NCBI GenBank assembly: GCA_951406725.2
Contig: OX597817.1
Coordinates: forward strand, 156,674,001 to 156,738,000
Reading direction: 5' to 3'
DNA from: Octopus vulgaris
Taxonomy: Eukaryota
DNA: 64,000 bases
Below, one piece after another: positions 12,476 to 27,025 of the stretch (positions are counted from its first letter, which is position 1; each line of letters opens with the position of its first letter). A program made the translations under genes and the position numbers. The notes under the pieces were generated by a model, which had not been told where the DNA came from, ran no database searches, and was given only the letters and a program-made list of their open reading frames with translations.

Positions 12476-15400
12476 ACAACCATCTCGTTAATATTGAGGA
12501 ATAAATATAAACTGGGAAATTTTGTACCCTCTTTATTGTTAATAATTGACATTTTTCTCTAAAGACGCTGCAACATGATACTGTGTCTCCTCAACATTAT
12601 TAATAAGCATTAATACTTACAAGCTGTGCATATCCAGAAAACATTTATAGCTCATACGGCTACAGTTGACATATGTAGGTCATACCAGGGAAACTGAGAT
12701 TGTAAGGACTGGATTTGGCATTTCATTATTATTGTATACATAATTTTCAAACCATTATTGCAGCTTCATAGCTATGTGCAGAATTTTGCTTATTTTACCA
12801 TAATTTTCCCCCTGGATAACACACCAGAAAATGCCTGCAACTTTTTCAGGTCTGGACCCCTCTGTCCAGCCAGGTAAAGTGATACAGGGTTAGCCAGGTA
12901 AGCTAACCCTAGAATACTTGATACAGACACAAACTCACAACCCTTGAGCTGAAGGTTGGATATGTTGTTCATTCAACTATTTTGAGCTTGATTTTTCAAA
13001 ATGAAAGAAATTGGACTTGTTCCATTCTTACCTCTCATAAGGACATTGGCCGAATATGAGAAGAGAGTGGAATGGCCTTAAGTGAGTGTTCAAACCAGAT
13101 CATGGACTCAGTTTGCTGCTAACACCTACTCAGTATAAAACTTTTAAGAAAAATTATGCCCATTCCTCTTTCCTATCTGGAACACTTGGGATATATAGCA
13201 GAGAGAGGTAGAACCCCAAAACACTTCTTCCGGACAGTATACCTGAAAAGTGTTAAAATCACCGATACAAACATTAAAAACAGTCTTCATATTAACAGAG
13301 CTTTTGCATCTTACAGTAAATAGTGAACTGCAGTATAATGTGGCAGTCGCCTACAGCTTGGAGAGCTGGGTTATTCAGAGATATGTGTGCAAGTAGTTGT
13401 AAATACAAATACTTATTGGTTGTATATACAGTACCCCTCTATACACAAAATTATTAGCAGACATATATAATCAGTTGAATTAAGCAAAGTACTTGTGTTT
13501 TAATAGGGATAGAAGACTGTCTACTTCAGTTGGGTTTCAACTAAAACTGTAAAGAAACGAAAGTAAATAGTACAAACCCTCTGATCCAGTAACCTATCTT
13601 TTTTCTGCCATTACACTGTCTTAGTCTTATAATAAAGACTATTATATTTCAAATATGTATATATTGGCCTAAAATTTTCTCTTCTATCACCCTCACTAAA
13701 TAAGTTAAAGGTGTCAACTTCATTAAAGTAATGAAATAAACAATAGTTCAGCTGCTTAATCTGAAGATACGAAATTGTAAGACCGATGAGAAGGAAGAGG
13801 AAGGGAGCGGTAGAAAACATTGCTCATTGAGGAGCTAAAAAATAGTTGCTCAACTTCCTGAGAATAATGATCGGAATTCTCACAAATCATGTCCTGCTAT
13901 CTGAAATAACAGTTATATACATACTGTATGATTATCGCGACTGAAACATCTTTCATCATAATTTTGTTTCACAACTGATTTGAGATTACAATACACTCGC
14001 ACACACAGAGGCTTCCTTCAGTTTCTCTCTCAAATCCAATCACATGACTTGAGGCAATGTAGAAGTCACCCAAGGTGCCATGCCAGAAATGCATCAGATT
14101 TAAATTCATTTCATGAGCTATGAGTTGCTAGTTTAATACCTGAATAATCTTACCATTCCCTATACTTCTTGCCCAAATTTGTATGAAGTTCTCCACTCTC
14201 TTCTCCCTTGTTACTACAATGGACTTTTATAAAGTCTCCTTCCCTTTAATGTATTCTTCCATAATTGCTTCTTATCTGAGACACCAACACTGACTCAATT
14301 TCTACAGCAAAGTAACGAACACTCTGCCCGTGTTTCTTAAGGTTTATACCTGTCACGACTACATGCAATTTCCTATCACACATTACACAACTGTTATCGA
14401 AACAATCAAATAATCCATCTGATTAGCTCTTTCAAGCCCTGTTTTCTAGCCTCAGCAGTTATCCTTAGCCCATACACTATTATACCCCTTTCTAACCTTA
14501 TGTTTAGGCCTTGTTCTATCTTGTGTTGCTTGTGCAAGTTTATACCTGTCACGACTACATGCAATTTGTAGCTTTCCTTTTAAATCCAAAAACAATAGAG
14601 TAAGATTCTAACACAGAACATAAACTCATTTTTAAACATCCTATCATAACCCAAAATTAGCTTTTTCTAACACCTCTCAGAATTAAACTCTTAGTGTATT
14701 CAGTGTTAATCTGTCCTTATTTTCTCTTCTACCAACTCATTTTTCATAATTAAAGCATAGTTACTTATACAAAGGAAGATCATCTGTGCAAGCTGGAGTG
14801 TCTTATTCTTTTACATAATTTTATATATATCTTAACAAACACTTTCACTGTCAGTAGCCCCATCTACCAAGTGTATTGCTCCCTAAAGGTCTCTGTTAAA
14901 AGATATTTTCTTTGAAGATATCTTCCAGCTGCAGTAATTTTCTTTCTGAGTAATTTTTTTTTATCCTAACAACAAAACTTGATAGGCAGTTATTGCCCAA
15001 CAGCAGACATTGTATCCTTAATGATCACAAATTAACAGTCTAACCAGTGTTTTTATAACCCATGTTTAACTGTTTTCCTTATAGGGAATTAACCCTGCTA
15101 TCAGTGAATGTGTTAATTATTGTTATAATTTTGGGGATTTTTCACCCACATCTTAACCATTTTTTAAACTTGTATTAACAATATTCTCTGGTGAATTATA
15201 AACCATTTTCAGGGGTTCTGTGTTGTTTCCCCTCATTTTACTTTGTCATTTTTCAACCCTTTTTTTTCCTCTCTTTCATCATTGTAACAAACCTCCAAGA
15301 ACTATTGTAAATTCTAGGTCAGCAAAAAAAAGGCTACCATGGTTTTTTTTTTTTTTTGTTTTTGTAGTTTATTTTTTATATCATCACCCAATTCCCCTTT

Positions 15401-15482
15401 GTCCCCCTTTATTTTCATCATTGACAGTCAAACAACTCTCTTCTACTGAACCATTCTATTGTATTCATTTTATTATTTTCAG

Positions 15483-15575
15483 AGCTTGTTAGCCATAGAA
15501 CTACTGAACTTGCACAAGCAAGAGACCGACTTTCTGAAGAAATGGAGAGTAACCAACACACGCCATCAGCGACGG
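15483..15575 (+). CDS. small phase-1 coding exon (ELVSHRTTELAQARDRLSEEMESNQHTPSAT) of the large + strand gene; possibly also a terminal exon by read-through to TAG at 15581-15583
   Basis: Strong polypyrimidine acceptor TTTTATTATTTTCAG|AG. 93 nt (31 codons), open, and GC-richer than the flanks. Donor ACGG|GTGTGT. Same phase 1-1 as the other exons. Confidence 0.65.
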
Positions 15576-15794
15576 GTGTGTAGACTTTGTGAACCTTGTC
15601 AACAGCATGTTTAACAAAGTATAATCTCTTTCAAAAAAGTTAATAATAATAATGATAATAATAATAATAATATTATGCATGCCATTGGTCAACTAATTTT
15701 TTTTTTTTTTTTTGACTCTGCTTGTTTCAATGGTCTGAGAAATTGACTGTTTTGTAAGTAGTAAAGTTGAATGTAATATCAGTCTAGTTGCTAG

Positions 15795-15872
15795 TTTTCA
15801 AGGCAAAGGACAGTTCTACTAGATCAGCTGATATGGAACTTGCCAAAAGCCTCCAGATGACCACCCCAGTGG
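15795..15872 (+). CDS. candidate phase-1 cassette exon (FKAKDSSTRSADMELAKSLQMTTPV)
   Basis: 78 nt open in phase 1 with donor GTGG|GTAACA. The acceptor GTTGCTAG has a poor pyrimidine tract. Confidence 0.3.
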
Positions 15873-16176
15873 GTAACACTGGTCTTGATTTTGGTGACAT
15901 AGCTGACCTCTAAAATATTGTATATCATTCATTTTTTAAGAAAAAAAAAAATTATTCCCTTCCACCTTCTCTTTTTTATTTTTTTTTTCACACTTCGAAA
16001 TCTTTAGTAAATACTTAGGAAAATTTTCCTAGTGATTTTTGGAATTTTCTGTTTGTATTGAGTTTCTTCATCAGATTGACTTTTTTGAAATTGGATTTCA
16101 TTAATGTGATAATTCAAGCTATATTTCAACCGTTATTGATAATGTGTCAGTGTATGTATGCGTATGACTCTATCTA

Positions 16177-16220
<44 letters not shown>

Positions 16221-18178
16221 TATGTATATATATAATATGGACCGTACATATACATTTGTATATGTTTCTTGATACAGTGTATAATTTAAATTCTAGATCT
16301 TTTGGATTAGTTTGAGTGTGTGTATGTATGTGACTGAAGACTATTTCCTGTCATTCAAGCTAGTCTACTTCTACCTCATAGTAAAGATGGCTGTTCACCA
16401 ACTCCAGTGTTCAAACTCATTCAAGGAAACAGATTTCACATCACTGTACCATACTGCAAACTTTCAATTTTCGCATTTCGATAATTCAGCAAATTTGTAA
16501 CACTCTGGAAGGGTGGGGAGGAAACAGAACAATGCAGAAGGTTGATAGAAAACCAGCCCTTCTTCTCATCTAAAAAAATTTAAATATGGCTATATGTTTT
16601 TCGGCAGAGAACAGTGAAGTATTCTTCACATGCTGGTCTTTGGTCATCAATGTTTTCTTTTCATCTTGGCCTGTGACTTTTCAACATTTTTTATCTTTTT
16701 TTTTTTTACTTCCTGCACTAAAATCTTTATGGATTTCTTGTCTTTATTATTTGTTTGTCTATCTTTTTTATATATATTAAAAATAAGATTGATTAAATTG
16801 GGTTGGAAAGGTGTTTGTAAATGTAAACATTGAGATTACAGCAGTTGGGTGGGTTACATTTGGAGAGGAATTTAGTGGGTTTCATCTGTGAGTTTTTTTC
16901 TTTCAAAAAAATAAAAAGGCATTATCTGGGTGTTTTATTGTACAAATTTTAATGTTTTCTTCAATCTGACAGACTGATTATATCAGTAACAAACTCTCTT
17001 GCTATTCATGTTTCTTATTATGCAGATTTCATACTTTGGAGTATATTGGCAAAAATCTTCCTAAACTTATAAAGCTTTCCATCTTAATCTTTAAAACTAA
17101 TCCAGATTTTGCTCTGATTTTTTCCACAATATGTTCGTGTCATGAATATATTTTCAAGTTTTAATTTCCAAACTCATTTCCACTTTATAATTTTGTTAAG
17201 GGCCATCTCAAAGTAAGATTTTTAACTAATCCAAGTCAAGGAGTTTTTTCCCTTTATATTTATTTTTGTATGTGTGTGTATGCGTGGCCAAAAAAATTTA
17301 TGTAGTGTTGCAGAAAGTTCTACGTCGGAGCATATAGACACTGTATCAAGATGGTCAGCAATGCCAGTTTACTTGGGCTTCTTGATTACCACTTGATCTT
17401 CCAAAACTCAAGTTTTTCAAGTTGGGCCTCCTTAAGCAACTGAGCAAAAGCATGTGTGTGTATGTATGTATATGTACATATATATATGTGTGTCTGTATA
17501 TCTATATGTATATATATGTGTAAATTTTTCAAAGTATAACAATATAGTATTATAATTTTTCAATATATTTCAAATATTTGAGGTTCATCTTTTTTCTGAT
17601 TTTCTTTTTTCTTTTCTTCTCTTTAGTTTTTATTCAATTTTAGCAATTTTTCTTCTATATCTCTGCCTCCTTCACTTCACTTCTATACTCCATTTTTATT
17701 CTTGCAGTATCACAAGACTTGATTCAAAATTTCTTTTTTTCTTTTTCCAAATTTTGTTAATATTTTGGTTTGTATGATACTGTTTGTATATGATATACTT
17801 TCAAAAATTAGGGTTATCAGCTAGAGACCAAAATATACCTACTATACAAATTTACACTAGAAATTTGCAAATTTATTTATATGTATATATATATATATAT
17901 ATTAGCTATTATTATTATCATCAAACTCTTATTATTATTGTTGTTAGGGAAGTGGTCTGACGGAATCATTAGAACTTTGACAAAATGCCTTGTGGTATTT
18001 AGTTATTGCTCATTGTATTCTGAGATCAAATCCTGCAGGTCAACTTTGCCTTTCATCTTATTGGTGGGGACGGGGGTGAAACAAGTGCCAGTTAAGTACT
18101 GGGGTTGATATGATCTACTGTTCCCTCTCCACCAAAGATTTTCTGGCCTTGTGCCTATGTAATTTTTGTTATTATTAC

Positions 18179-18211
<33 letters not shown>

Positions 18212-19679
18212 CAGTAAGTTTAGACTTCAAATTTCATTGTAAATTTGAATTTTTTTCCATAATATTCTGCTCTCACCTGCTATTTTTATTTGAAGAATTT
18301 TTTTTCTTAAAACAACCAATATAATATTAAAAGTGATAATGACAGTTTTGAAAATGATAATGTTAACAAAATTTTTCTTCGGCTTCTAATATTTTTTTTT
18401 TTTTTTGGTTTGTGCTCTTAGCTAATTTTCTACTTAAAAAAAACTTTTTTTGTTTGTGTTTTTGCAATGAAAAGCCATTATTAACTGCGATAAAAATAAA
18501 TTTAACCAAACATTTCCCCCAAAATCTGGGGTGGTCATCAACAACTATATTTTCAAGCTGCTAACACTCACCATCTTTAATTAGAGAGATGTGGATGTGA
18601 ACGTTTTTGGTTTTTTTTTTCCGCATTAATTTTTTTTTTTGGCATTTTGGCATGTCTAATTGACCTAGCTATTCCATATGAAGAAAAAAAATGACAGTAA
18701 TTAAATATATATAAATTTTTAAAAAGAGCAAAAAGAACTCCTTACTCATGGTGCTTGTGATGTTTTTCTGTTATCTCCCTCCTTGAGGGACATTTAGGTT
18801 CTTGGCTTTAAGGAACATTAATTTTTTTTGTTGTTGATTTTTTTTTTTACTTCCTTATAAAGGGTGTAGTTACGGGGATTTTTATATTGTATGGAAAACT
18901 ATAGTAGTTTTGAAATTATTTTGAAATAATACCATGGTAGAACAGTATTTGTAGGTTTAACATGATTGCTAGGGGATACTTTTAGCTGTGACTCGTAATA
19001 ACATAAGGCAAGGACATTGTTAGTTATAGAGTTAACATTTGATTTGGTAACTAGTAACTATGGCTCCAGCAGTCCAGAATAGCGTCTGTTACTCAGAGTA
19101 AGAAGACATTGAGCTGTCATAATTTTAATATTCTAGTACTTAAGTGGCTCCAAGTATCTTAAAATATTATTATTAATATTATTATTAGTAGTAGTTGTAA
19201 TAATTTACATGTATGTATATGTATGAGTGTGAGTAAAGAAATTATTGTTAAAAACTAAAAAAAAAAAGAAAAAAGATGTTACAAAGTTGTGGAGCCTCCC
19301 ACTGCCTCATGGTCTGGTGTATAAAACTGTAACCCATCTAAAATACAAATCTTCCATGTTGTTTACTCTAGGGATCCACTAGAGATTCTAGATCCATTCT
19401 GAGGTATTTTTGTAAGAAAAACCACCATTTAACTTATTATTCCAATGTCATGGAACCATATTTTGCTGCATTTCACCAAATTCTTCAGACAGCAAACCAT
19501 AGTTTATATATATATATATATATCCCCCTCACACAAGAGAATTGTTTAATCTACAGAGAAAAGGGCAAGAATACATATAGTATTCTGTGTTATTGATATA
19601 TTATATAATCTTTATATCCAATAAGTCAAATAGGTGTTAATTAATCTATTTTTGAATGATATTTAAAAAACATCTTTAT

Positions 19680-19940
<261 letters not shown>

Positions 19941-21916
19941 TTTCATTTTTTTCCTCTCCTACTATTTACCTTTCTATTATCTAATAAACTGCTACATATT
20001 TGGAGCCCAGAGAGTTAAATGATAAATACCTGTGCAATTTTTTTGATCAGTTTGACATTCTCACCTGACTGAAGAGTTCTTATATATAACATTGTTATAT
20101 TTTATCGTTTCAAGCATAAATTGCCTTTTTACTAATCTCAAAGATTGTATGGACAAACTTTTCTCTGCCTACTCCTCACTTTTATTTCTTTTTTTTTTTA
20201 TTTCTCTCTTTCCTTTCTCTCCTCGTGTGTAACACATTCTCTATCTCTCTTGATCTATTATATATATATATATACATATATACACACACTCACATATATA
20301 TATACATATACATACATGTTTGTGTGTTTATGTATGCATGTACGTGTATTTATATAGGTGTATATGTGTATACATAAATACACACACTCTGCACATTTGT
20401 GTGTATATATATATATATTTATGTATGTATGTATGTATGTATGTATATACACATACACACACTTGCTCTCTATCTGTGTCTCTTTCTTTCTATTTCTTAG
20501 ACTTTCTCATGTCCTGCTAGGCAGCTTGGCTTAGCTTTGCCAAGTTCCACTGCAATGTTGCCTCATATTGCTGCATGCTTTACTATTGTTTTAATTTTTT
20601 TTTTTGACATTTTTTCCTCCTCCTCCTTCTCCTTGTGTCTTTCCTTCTTCCATATACATGTTGTCATTTCATGTGTAATATGAATAAATTTGATGTGCCT
20701 TTTTGTATTGCTCTTAATATTATGTTTGTTTATTCTTAACATTAAACAAAGCAAAAAAAAATTGAACGAAAAGCAAAATCTTCCTGTTTAAGTTGATGAT
20801 GTTGTTAGTTATTGTCTTGATATATATATATTCTGTAATATATATATAGTATATATAAATATTTATATATACCTATATATATTTACTTTGGTTTACACCA
20901 AGAGCATCCATCATAGATTAATAACTTAGTCATATTGTTACATACTGTTAAAAGATAGATATTTAATTTAACTACATTTTTAAAAGTATTTAATGTTTCT
21001 AATTTTCTTGTGTATTTATTGATCTCATAGGGAAGGGACTGCTTTGTAACATGGCTTCCTTTAATATATTTCATCACTAAAAATTTTCCTATTCTGTTTA
21101 AAACAAAATCCAAAAAAAAAAAAAAAAAAAGTAAAATTGAGAGAACGCTAACCATTTGCAATATGTACTAACATCTTCTCATCTCTCACTCTCTGAGTTT
21201 CACACAGCATTTATATTTCCATATTTTTAATTCTTTCCATTCTAAATCTAACGAATCAAAAGTCATCTCTCAAGCTATTAACATTTAAAGTGCATCTTTC
21301 TTAACTCCATTAATTCTTAAAAAGTTTTCTTCCTTGATTGTTGCTTTGGTGTGAACCAATTTATTTGCATAAATCACATCCGATTCATAACTGGGTAAAC
21401 ACTAAACATATACAACTGAATAACATAACCTTGGGTAAAACTCATTTAATACAAAAGCTGCTGTGTCTAATGCACATGCATATATATATGTGTGTGTGTG
21501 TACATGTATATATATGTGCAAGTATATATATAATATGTACATATATATACATATATGTATTATAATAATTTTTTAATACTACTAAATAAATGGTGAATAT
21601 TACTGCATGAAAAATGCAAAACTGATAAATTACCAAATAAGGATATAAGCAATATGAGCGACTTAAAATGCATGGATATTCACAATTGGCCACTTGTTAC
21701 ATAACAAATCTCAGAAGGAAGATAATGATGCCTGGCCTCATGAATGATAATTAACTGAAGATTAATTTATCATTAACTTAAAAGAGTTCCATTTCTTCAA
21801 GGCTGCAAGAATGCATGCTGCCATTTTGGTCAATGGCCAAGCTCTGTGGGATGGACTTCAATCAAAACTGTTCCCTATAGAAATTAACTGTTATTTGTGA
21901 ATGTGTGATTTTCCAG

Positions 21917-24900
21917 AGGCAGACATTGCAGATGGCCAAATGATAACTCATGACTACACACTTGACAGTTCCTTTGAAAGCCAACGGATTCCTGATGACT
22001 CTGAATTGCAGAGTGTTGAAGTAGAAGATATCTATTATGAGCGCTCCTTAACTCCGTTGTTAGGAAGAGAATCTGATATGGTATGGAGAAATGAATGCCA
22101 GCAGAGGGATAGGAAAAATTCTTATCTCTCTGAGAATTTTCAGGAACTTGACAGTGTGTGCCGTCAAAATTATCTCCCACAACTGAGGCATTTTCACAGA
22201 GAAACAGATGAGTTTTCTTCCACTCAATCCATGCTAATTGATTCCAGATATTCAATGTCTTCGAACTTGAAAGAGAAGCCTTTCAACCTAAATTCACACA
22301 TTCATGATGAGTCCTTACATGAAGAGGAATCAATCGTTTCACATGCGGAGACCTGCCATTCCATATCAAATATATCGGATGATTACGATAACAGTTCCAC
22401 GTCCTCCTGTATTACTGTCGTTGCTGTTGATACACCAGCTATCCAAAGTTCCAATGCTGAACAACTTGACCCAGTATTAGGCTCCTGTGAAACAAATTTA
22501 GTTCCAGAGAAGTGTCCAGAGATTGAAACTAGTTCCAATGATACACGCATTCATTACAAAGCACCATCTCCGCAGCAAATGAACAATTTCAGGCCACCCA
22601 TTTTTCCCTTTCCTCCCCATCCAATGTATTCTAATGCATATAACTATGGTGGAATGCCTTGGTATATGTCAGGTACAGGCAAAAGCTTCCCACACATGTA
22701 CAACCATCACAAAAGTCTTCCAGGCATGTATGACTACAATAGAATGCCTTCTCACAAGCATTACTCAAACAGAAATGCTGAAGACCCCTATGACTTTGAT
22801 AACATGTCTGAGTACTCGTGTGTCCTGGACAGAAATTCTATGGACACACATGACATAGGCAGTAAGTCACGCTACTCAAGTGAGCAAGATATAAACTCAC
22901 AGAGTTCAGGTGGATATAACCTAAAAAGAGAATCTCTGGAAACAGTTGGCATAGACAGACAGTCTGTAGATACTTTCAATGCAAAGAGGAAATCTCTTGA
23001 CACTAGCTGTGACAATGTATCTCAAGATACCTTTAACTCTGATTCTTCACATAAAAAGGTATCTGGTTGTGTGCAACATGCTCCAAGCACATTCAGTTAT
23101 GACAGTAACTCACTGGATATTTATAAGGATGATAGCATGAGATTTCTTGATACCTATGACATTGAGCCTTTGTCACCAGACTCGGATTGCTATAGCTCGA
23201 CTTCTGATTTGTACAAGCGTGACAGCATGCCATCCAATAGATATGATACCAATGAAATGAATTCTATCAGAATGAGCCTTAGTTCACAGGACAGTATCAC
23301 AATGCTATCAGACACATATGACTCTGGTAGAATGACTCCAGATGTGTATGACTCACATAAGATGACAGCTAATGCAAATGACTCATGTAGAATAACAGCT
23401 GATTCATATGACTCTCATAGAATGACAGCTGATCCATATGACTATCGTAGAATGACAGCTGATCCATATGACTCTCGTAGAATGACAGCTGATTCATATG
23501 ATTCTCGTAGAATGACAGCTGATTCATATGACTCTCGAAGAACGACAGCTGATCCATATGACTATCGTAGAATGACAGCTGATCCATATGACTATCGTAG
23601 AATGACAGCTGATCCATATGACTCTCGTAGAATGACAGCTGATCCATATGACTCTCGTAGAATGACAGCTGATTCATATGACTCTAGTAGAATGACAGCT
23701 GATTCATATGACTCTCGTAGAATGACAGCTGATCCATATGACTCTCGTAGAATGACAGCTGATTCATATGATTCTCGAAGAACGACAGCTGATCCATATG
23801 ACTCACAGAGAATGACAGCCGATTCATATGATTCTCATAGAATGGCAGCTGATTCCTATGACTCACATAGAATGACAGCTGATACATGTGATTCTTATAG
23901 AATGAATGCTGATATGTGTGACTCACATAGAATAACAGCTGATACATGCGACTCACGTAGAATGACAGCTGATACATGTGACTCACGTAGAATGACAGCT
24001 GATACATGTGACTCGCGTAGAATGACAGCTGATACATGTGACTCACGTAGAATGACAGCTGATACATGTGACTCACGTAGAATGACAGCTGATACATGTG
24101 ACTCGCATAGAATGACAGCTGATACATGTGACTCACGTAGAATGACAGCTGATACATGTGACTCACACAGAATGACAGCTGATACATGTGACTCACGTAG
24201 AATGACAGCTGATACATGTGACTTGCATAGAATGACAGCTGATGCATGTAACTCTCATAGATTGGCAGCTAATGCATATGACTCTCATAGAATAGCAGCT
24301 GATACTTATGACTCACATACAATGACAGGTGACATGTATAACTCAGGTACAATGACAGCTGGTACATATGACTTGTGTAGTGTGATATCTGATACATATG
24401 ACTCCCATCAAATAACAGCCAATAGATATAACCTCCGTAGAACAACAGCTGACATATATGACTCTAGTAGAATGACCACTGATACAGATGACTATAATAC
24501 TGTGTCTCAGGATTCCTATGATTCTGGCAGACTGTCACCAGACTCGTATGACTGTCATAGTTTGTCACAATATATGTATGACTATGAAAGACATTCACCA
24601 GATACATACAGCTTAGATCAAATGTCTGCAGATTCATGCTGTGAGGAAGAATATGATGAAGTCTTTTCCTCACAAAATAATGCATTGGATACAGACACTG
24701 CTCCAGACTTCTATTGTTCCAGAACCTTACCTGGGTCATTTAAAGAAAACCCTGCACTTCTTCATAGTAATATTTACAAACCAAGGAGTTCCTTTAAAAA
24801 GTGTAACAACCAGCAGCTACCTGTTAGAAATATGTATAACATGTTGCCCTCTCGGGGCTATCATACACCTGTTATTCCTAACAGAGGTTCAATGTTCTAC

Positions 24901-27025
24901 AGAAGGTTTAATACTGGAAGCTGTTGTGATGATAGTGATGAGAGTGATGTTTTGTCACTTGAAAGTCTAATTAATGATGATCCCAATGAGAGGAACAGTG
25001 ACACAAATGGCACTGATGGTCTGTTTGTAAGCAACCATAATTTAGGGTTATTTTCTGATCTGCAACATAGACTTAGCCAGACAAAGGACAAGGGCATACC
25101 CAACTGTGATGACTTCATATACCCAACAAGTGCTAGGAATCAACGGTTTTCTAGTCAAAATGCTTTCAATGTTGATAAAACAATTCCTAGCAAGTTCGCT
25201 AATGATCAGAATAATATGCTATGGAACAAACGTAATATTCCACTATATAGCAGCTCTTGTTACAATGATTACAATGCTGACCGCAGGACTGTAGAAATGG
25301 GTGCCCATAACAGTGACCAGGTGTATCAACAGTCAAAAGGTTCTCATTTCCAGAATGACCACTTGAAGTGTTACAACTCAGAGAAGCCTGATTCAAAAAA
25401 TAGCTGCCTATTGCCTTCTCAGTCTAAAGACTCTATACAAAGTCTACAAAACATTGACAATTATGGCCCTATGTTACCCCCTCCCCCCTACAGTGGCCCT
25501 AAATCAAACTTATCTTTCAAAGGTTATGACAGGCAGTACCCTTATTCTAACAGGTCTAACAACCATAACCATTACCCATGCATGTTTGACCAACACTGTC
25601 CAACAATACCAAGTTATAACAGTGAGGATGGTGATCACATGTCTTTTAATAGTTCTGACGAGAAAAGTCTGAATAGCAAAACTTTCCATCAGTTAAATAA
25701 TCCAAGCTTCACTCGTAAAAATTTCCATGATTTCTCAAAGAGCATGTCTACATTAGAATCTGAGAACAGAAGTACAAGTTTTCCTCGACGTTCTACCAAT
25801 GCAGGAACTTATGACTCCAGTCAGTCTTTAGATTTGCACCCTAGGTATGAAAACGATCCCCCAACATTTGGAGCTTCTACAAATGAAAGATTATTCAAGC
25901 CCCTTCAGAAGGAAAACTATGTGTACAATTGTTCCAGCCGTTCTTCAAGTCTGGCAAGATATCCCAGTAATGTTACACAAATGTCTGATTCTGATACCCC
26001 ATATTCTAACATCTTGGATAATAGTTGCTATACAGGTTTCAGAAGTAACAAAATGCCTTATCTAAACTCACCATGTGGTCCGAATTGGTTTGGCTTGCAA
26101 GAAATTCCTTTCTCTTTCCAAAGTTTTCCTCCTTTTGGTACCCGCACCTCCAGATCTGGTCTTAGTAATCACTTCGGTAAGAAACAAATTCTTTATGACT
26201 TCACTAAACCATTTTCTAACCAGTTTTTCTCTCTTGGAATGGTCTCAAATATGATGGATGAAAATTCTTTGAAGACCAAAGAATTACTAAGTGGACCAGT
26301 AAAGGGTTCAGACAATGTATGCTCACACAGAATTCCCCAAATGGATAACCGTTTTTGTTATAAATTTCCATTTGATGATACTGTCTCATCTGGGAATTCT
26401 TCAAGTAGGTATAAAGGCTGTTTAAAGAAAATATCTTCTGATATATCATTAGAACATGAACCTATTCAGATTCCATCTAGGCAAGAGGTATCCAAGTCAT
26501 CTGTAACACCTGGGAATGGTAAAAACTGTCATGCAGTGATGCAGCAGCTAAATCCTAAACAAACTTTCCCATTGACATATTCTGTTGGTTCTTTGTCTCT
26601 GTTGGATTTTGAAATATTCAGAGTGGAAGAAAAAGTAACTTTTGAAAGACCCAAATTGGAAAGCCTGTCTATTATAAGAGGACAGAAAGCCCGTTCTTTC
26701 ACTGATGTGTCTTGTAGTTTTGATGCCCTTGATGGTCAAGCTGGTGGAAGCATCTGTGATATTCCTATGGTAGATGTTCAGACACTTGCAGTACCACCAT
26801 GCACTATAGAAGATGTAACTTCCTCATGTCTTTGTGATAAGGTTAATGTTAAAGATGCTACTACAGCTTCTCAAGTCAAAGTAATACCTTTAGAAGAATC
26901 AGATTTGTTCACACAAGAATTTGAGATAGCTCCACCCAAAGAAGAATATATGTCCATCCTACGTGGTTGTGCTGCCAAGTCCAATCAAGATGTGTTTCTA
27001 CATGAAGGTCTAAGTGTCAGCAAAG
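21917..27025 (+). CDS. giant phase-1 cassette exon (5109 nt, 1703 codons), Ser/Asp/Tyr/Met-rich disordered polypeptide with 10-aa tandem repeats; probably part of a giant ankyrin-like gene
   Basis: ORF 21901-27042 (1713 aa). An in-frame TGA sits immediately before the ATG. Acceptor GTGATTTTCCAG|AG at 21916 and donor AAAG|GTAATT at 27025 give a length divisible by 3. A standalone intronless gene cannot be excluded. Confidence 0.8.
23311..24480 (+). repeat. coding 30-bp tandem repeat (MTAD[P/S/T][Y/C]DSRR)
   Basis: AGAATGACAGCTGAT[CT]CATATGACTCTCGT units in exact 30-nt register. About 28 highly similar units at 23401-24240, with degenerate units on both sides. Confidence 0.95.

Noticed and set aside
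13747-13810. Purine-rich KTDEKEEEGS segment as an exon; likewise candidates at ~16382, ~17314 and ~54843
   Set aside because: Weak or missing splice sites, or early stops; unsupported without RNA data.
23401-24240. 30-bp array as a CRISPR array
   Set aside because: Units are contiguous with no unique spacers, there are no cas genes, the context is eukaryotic, and the array is in frame in a long ORF.
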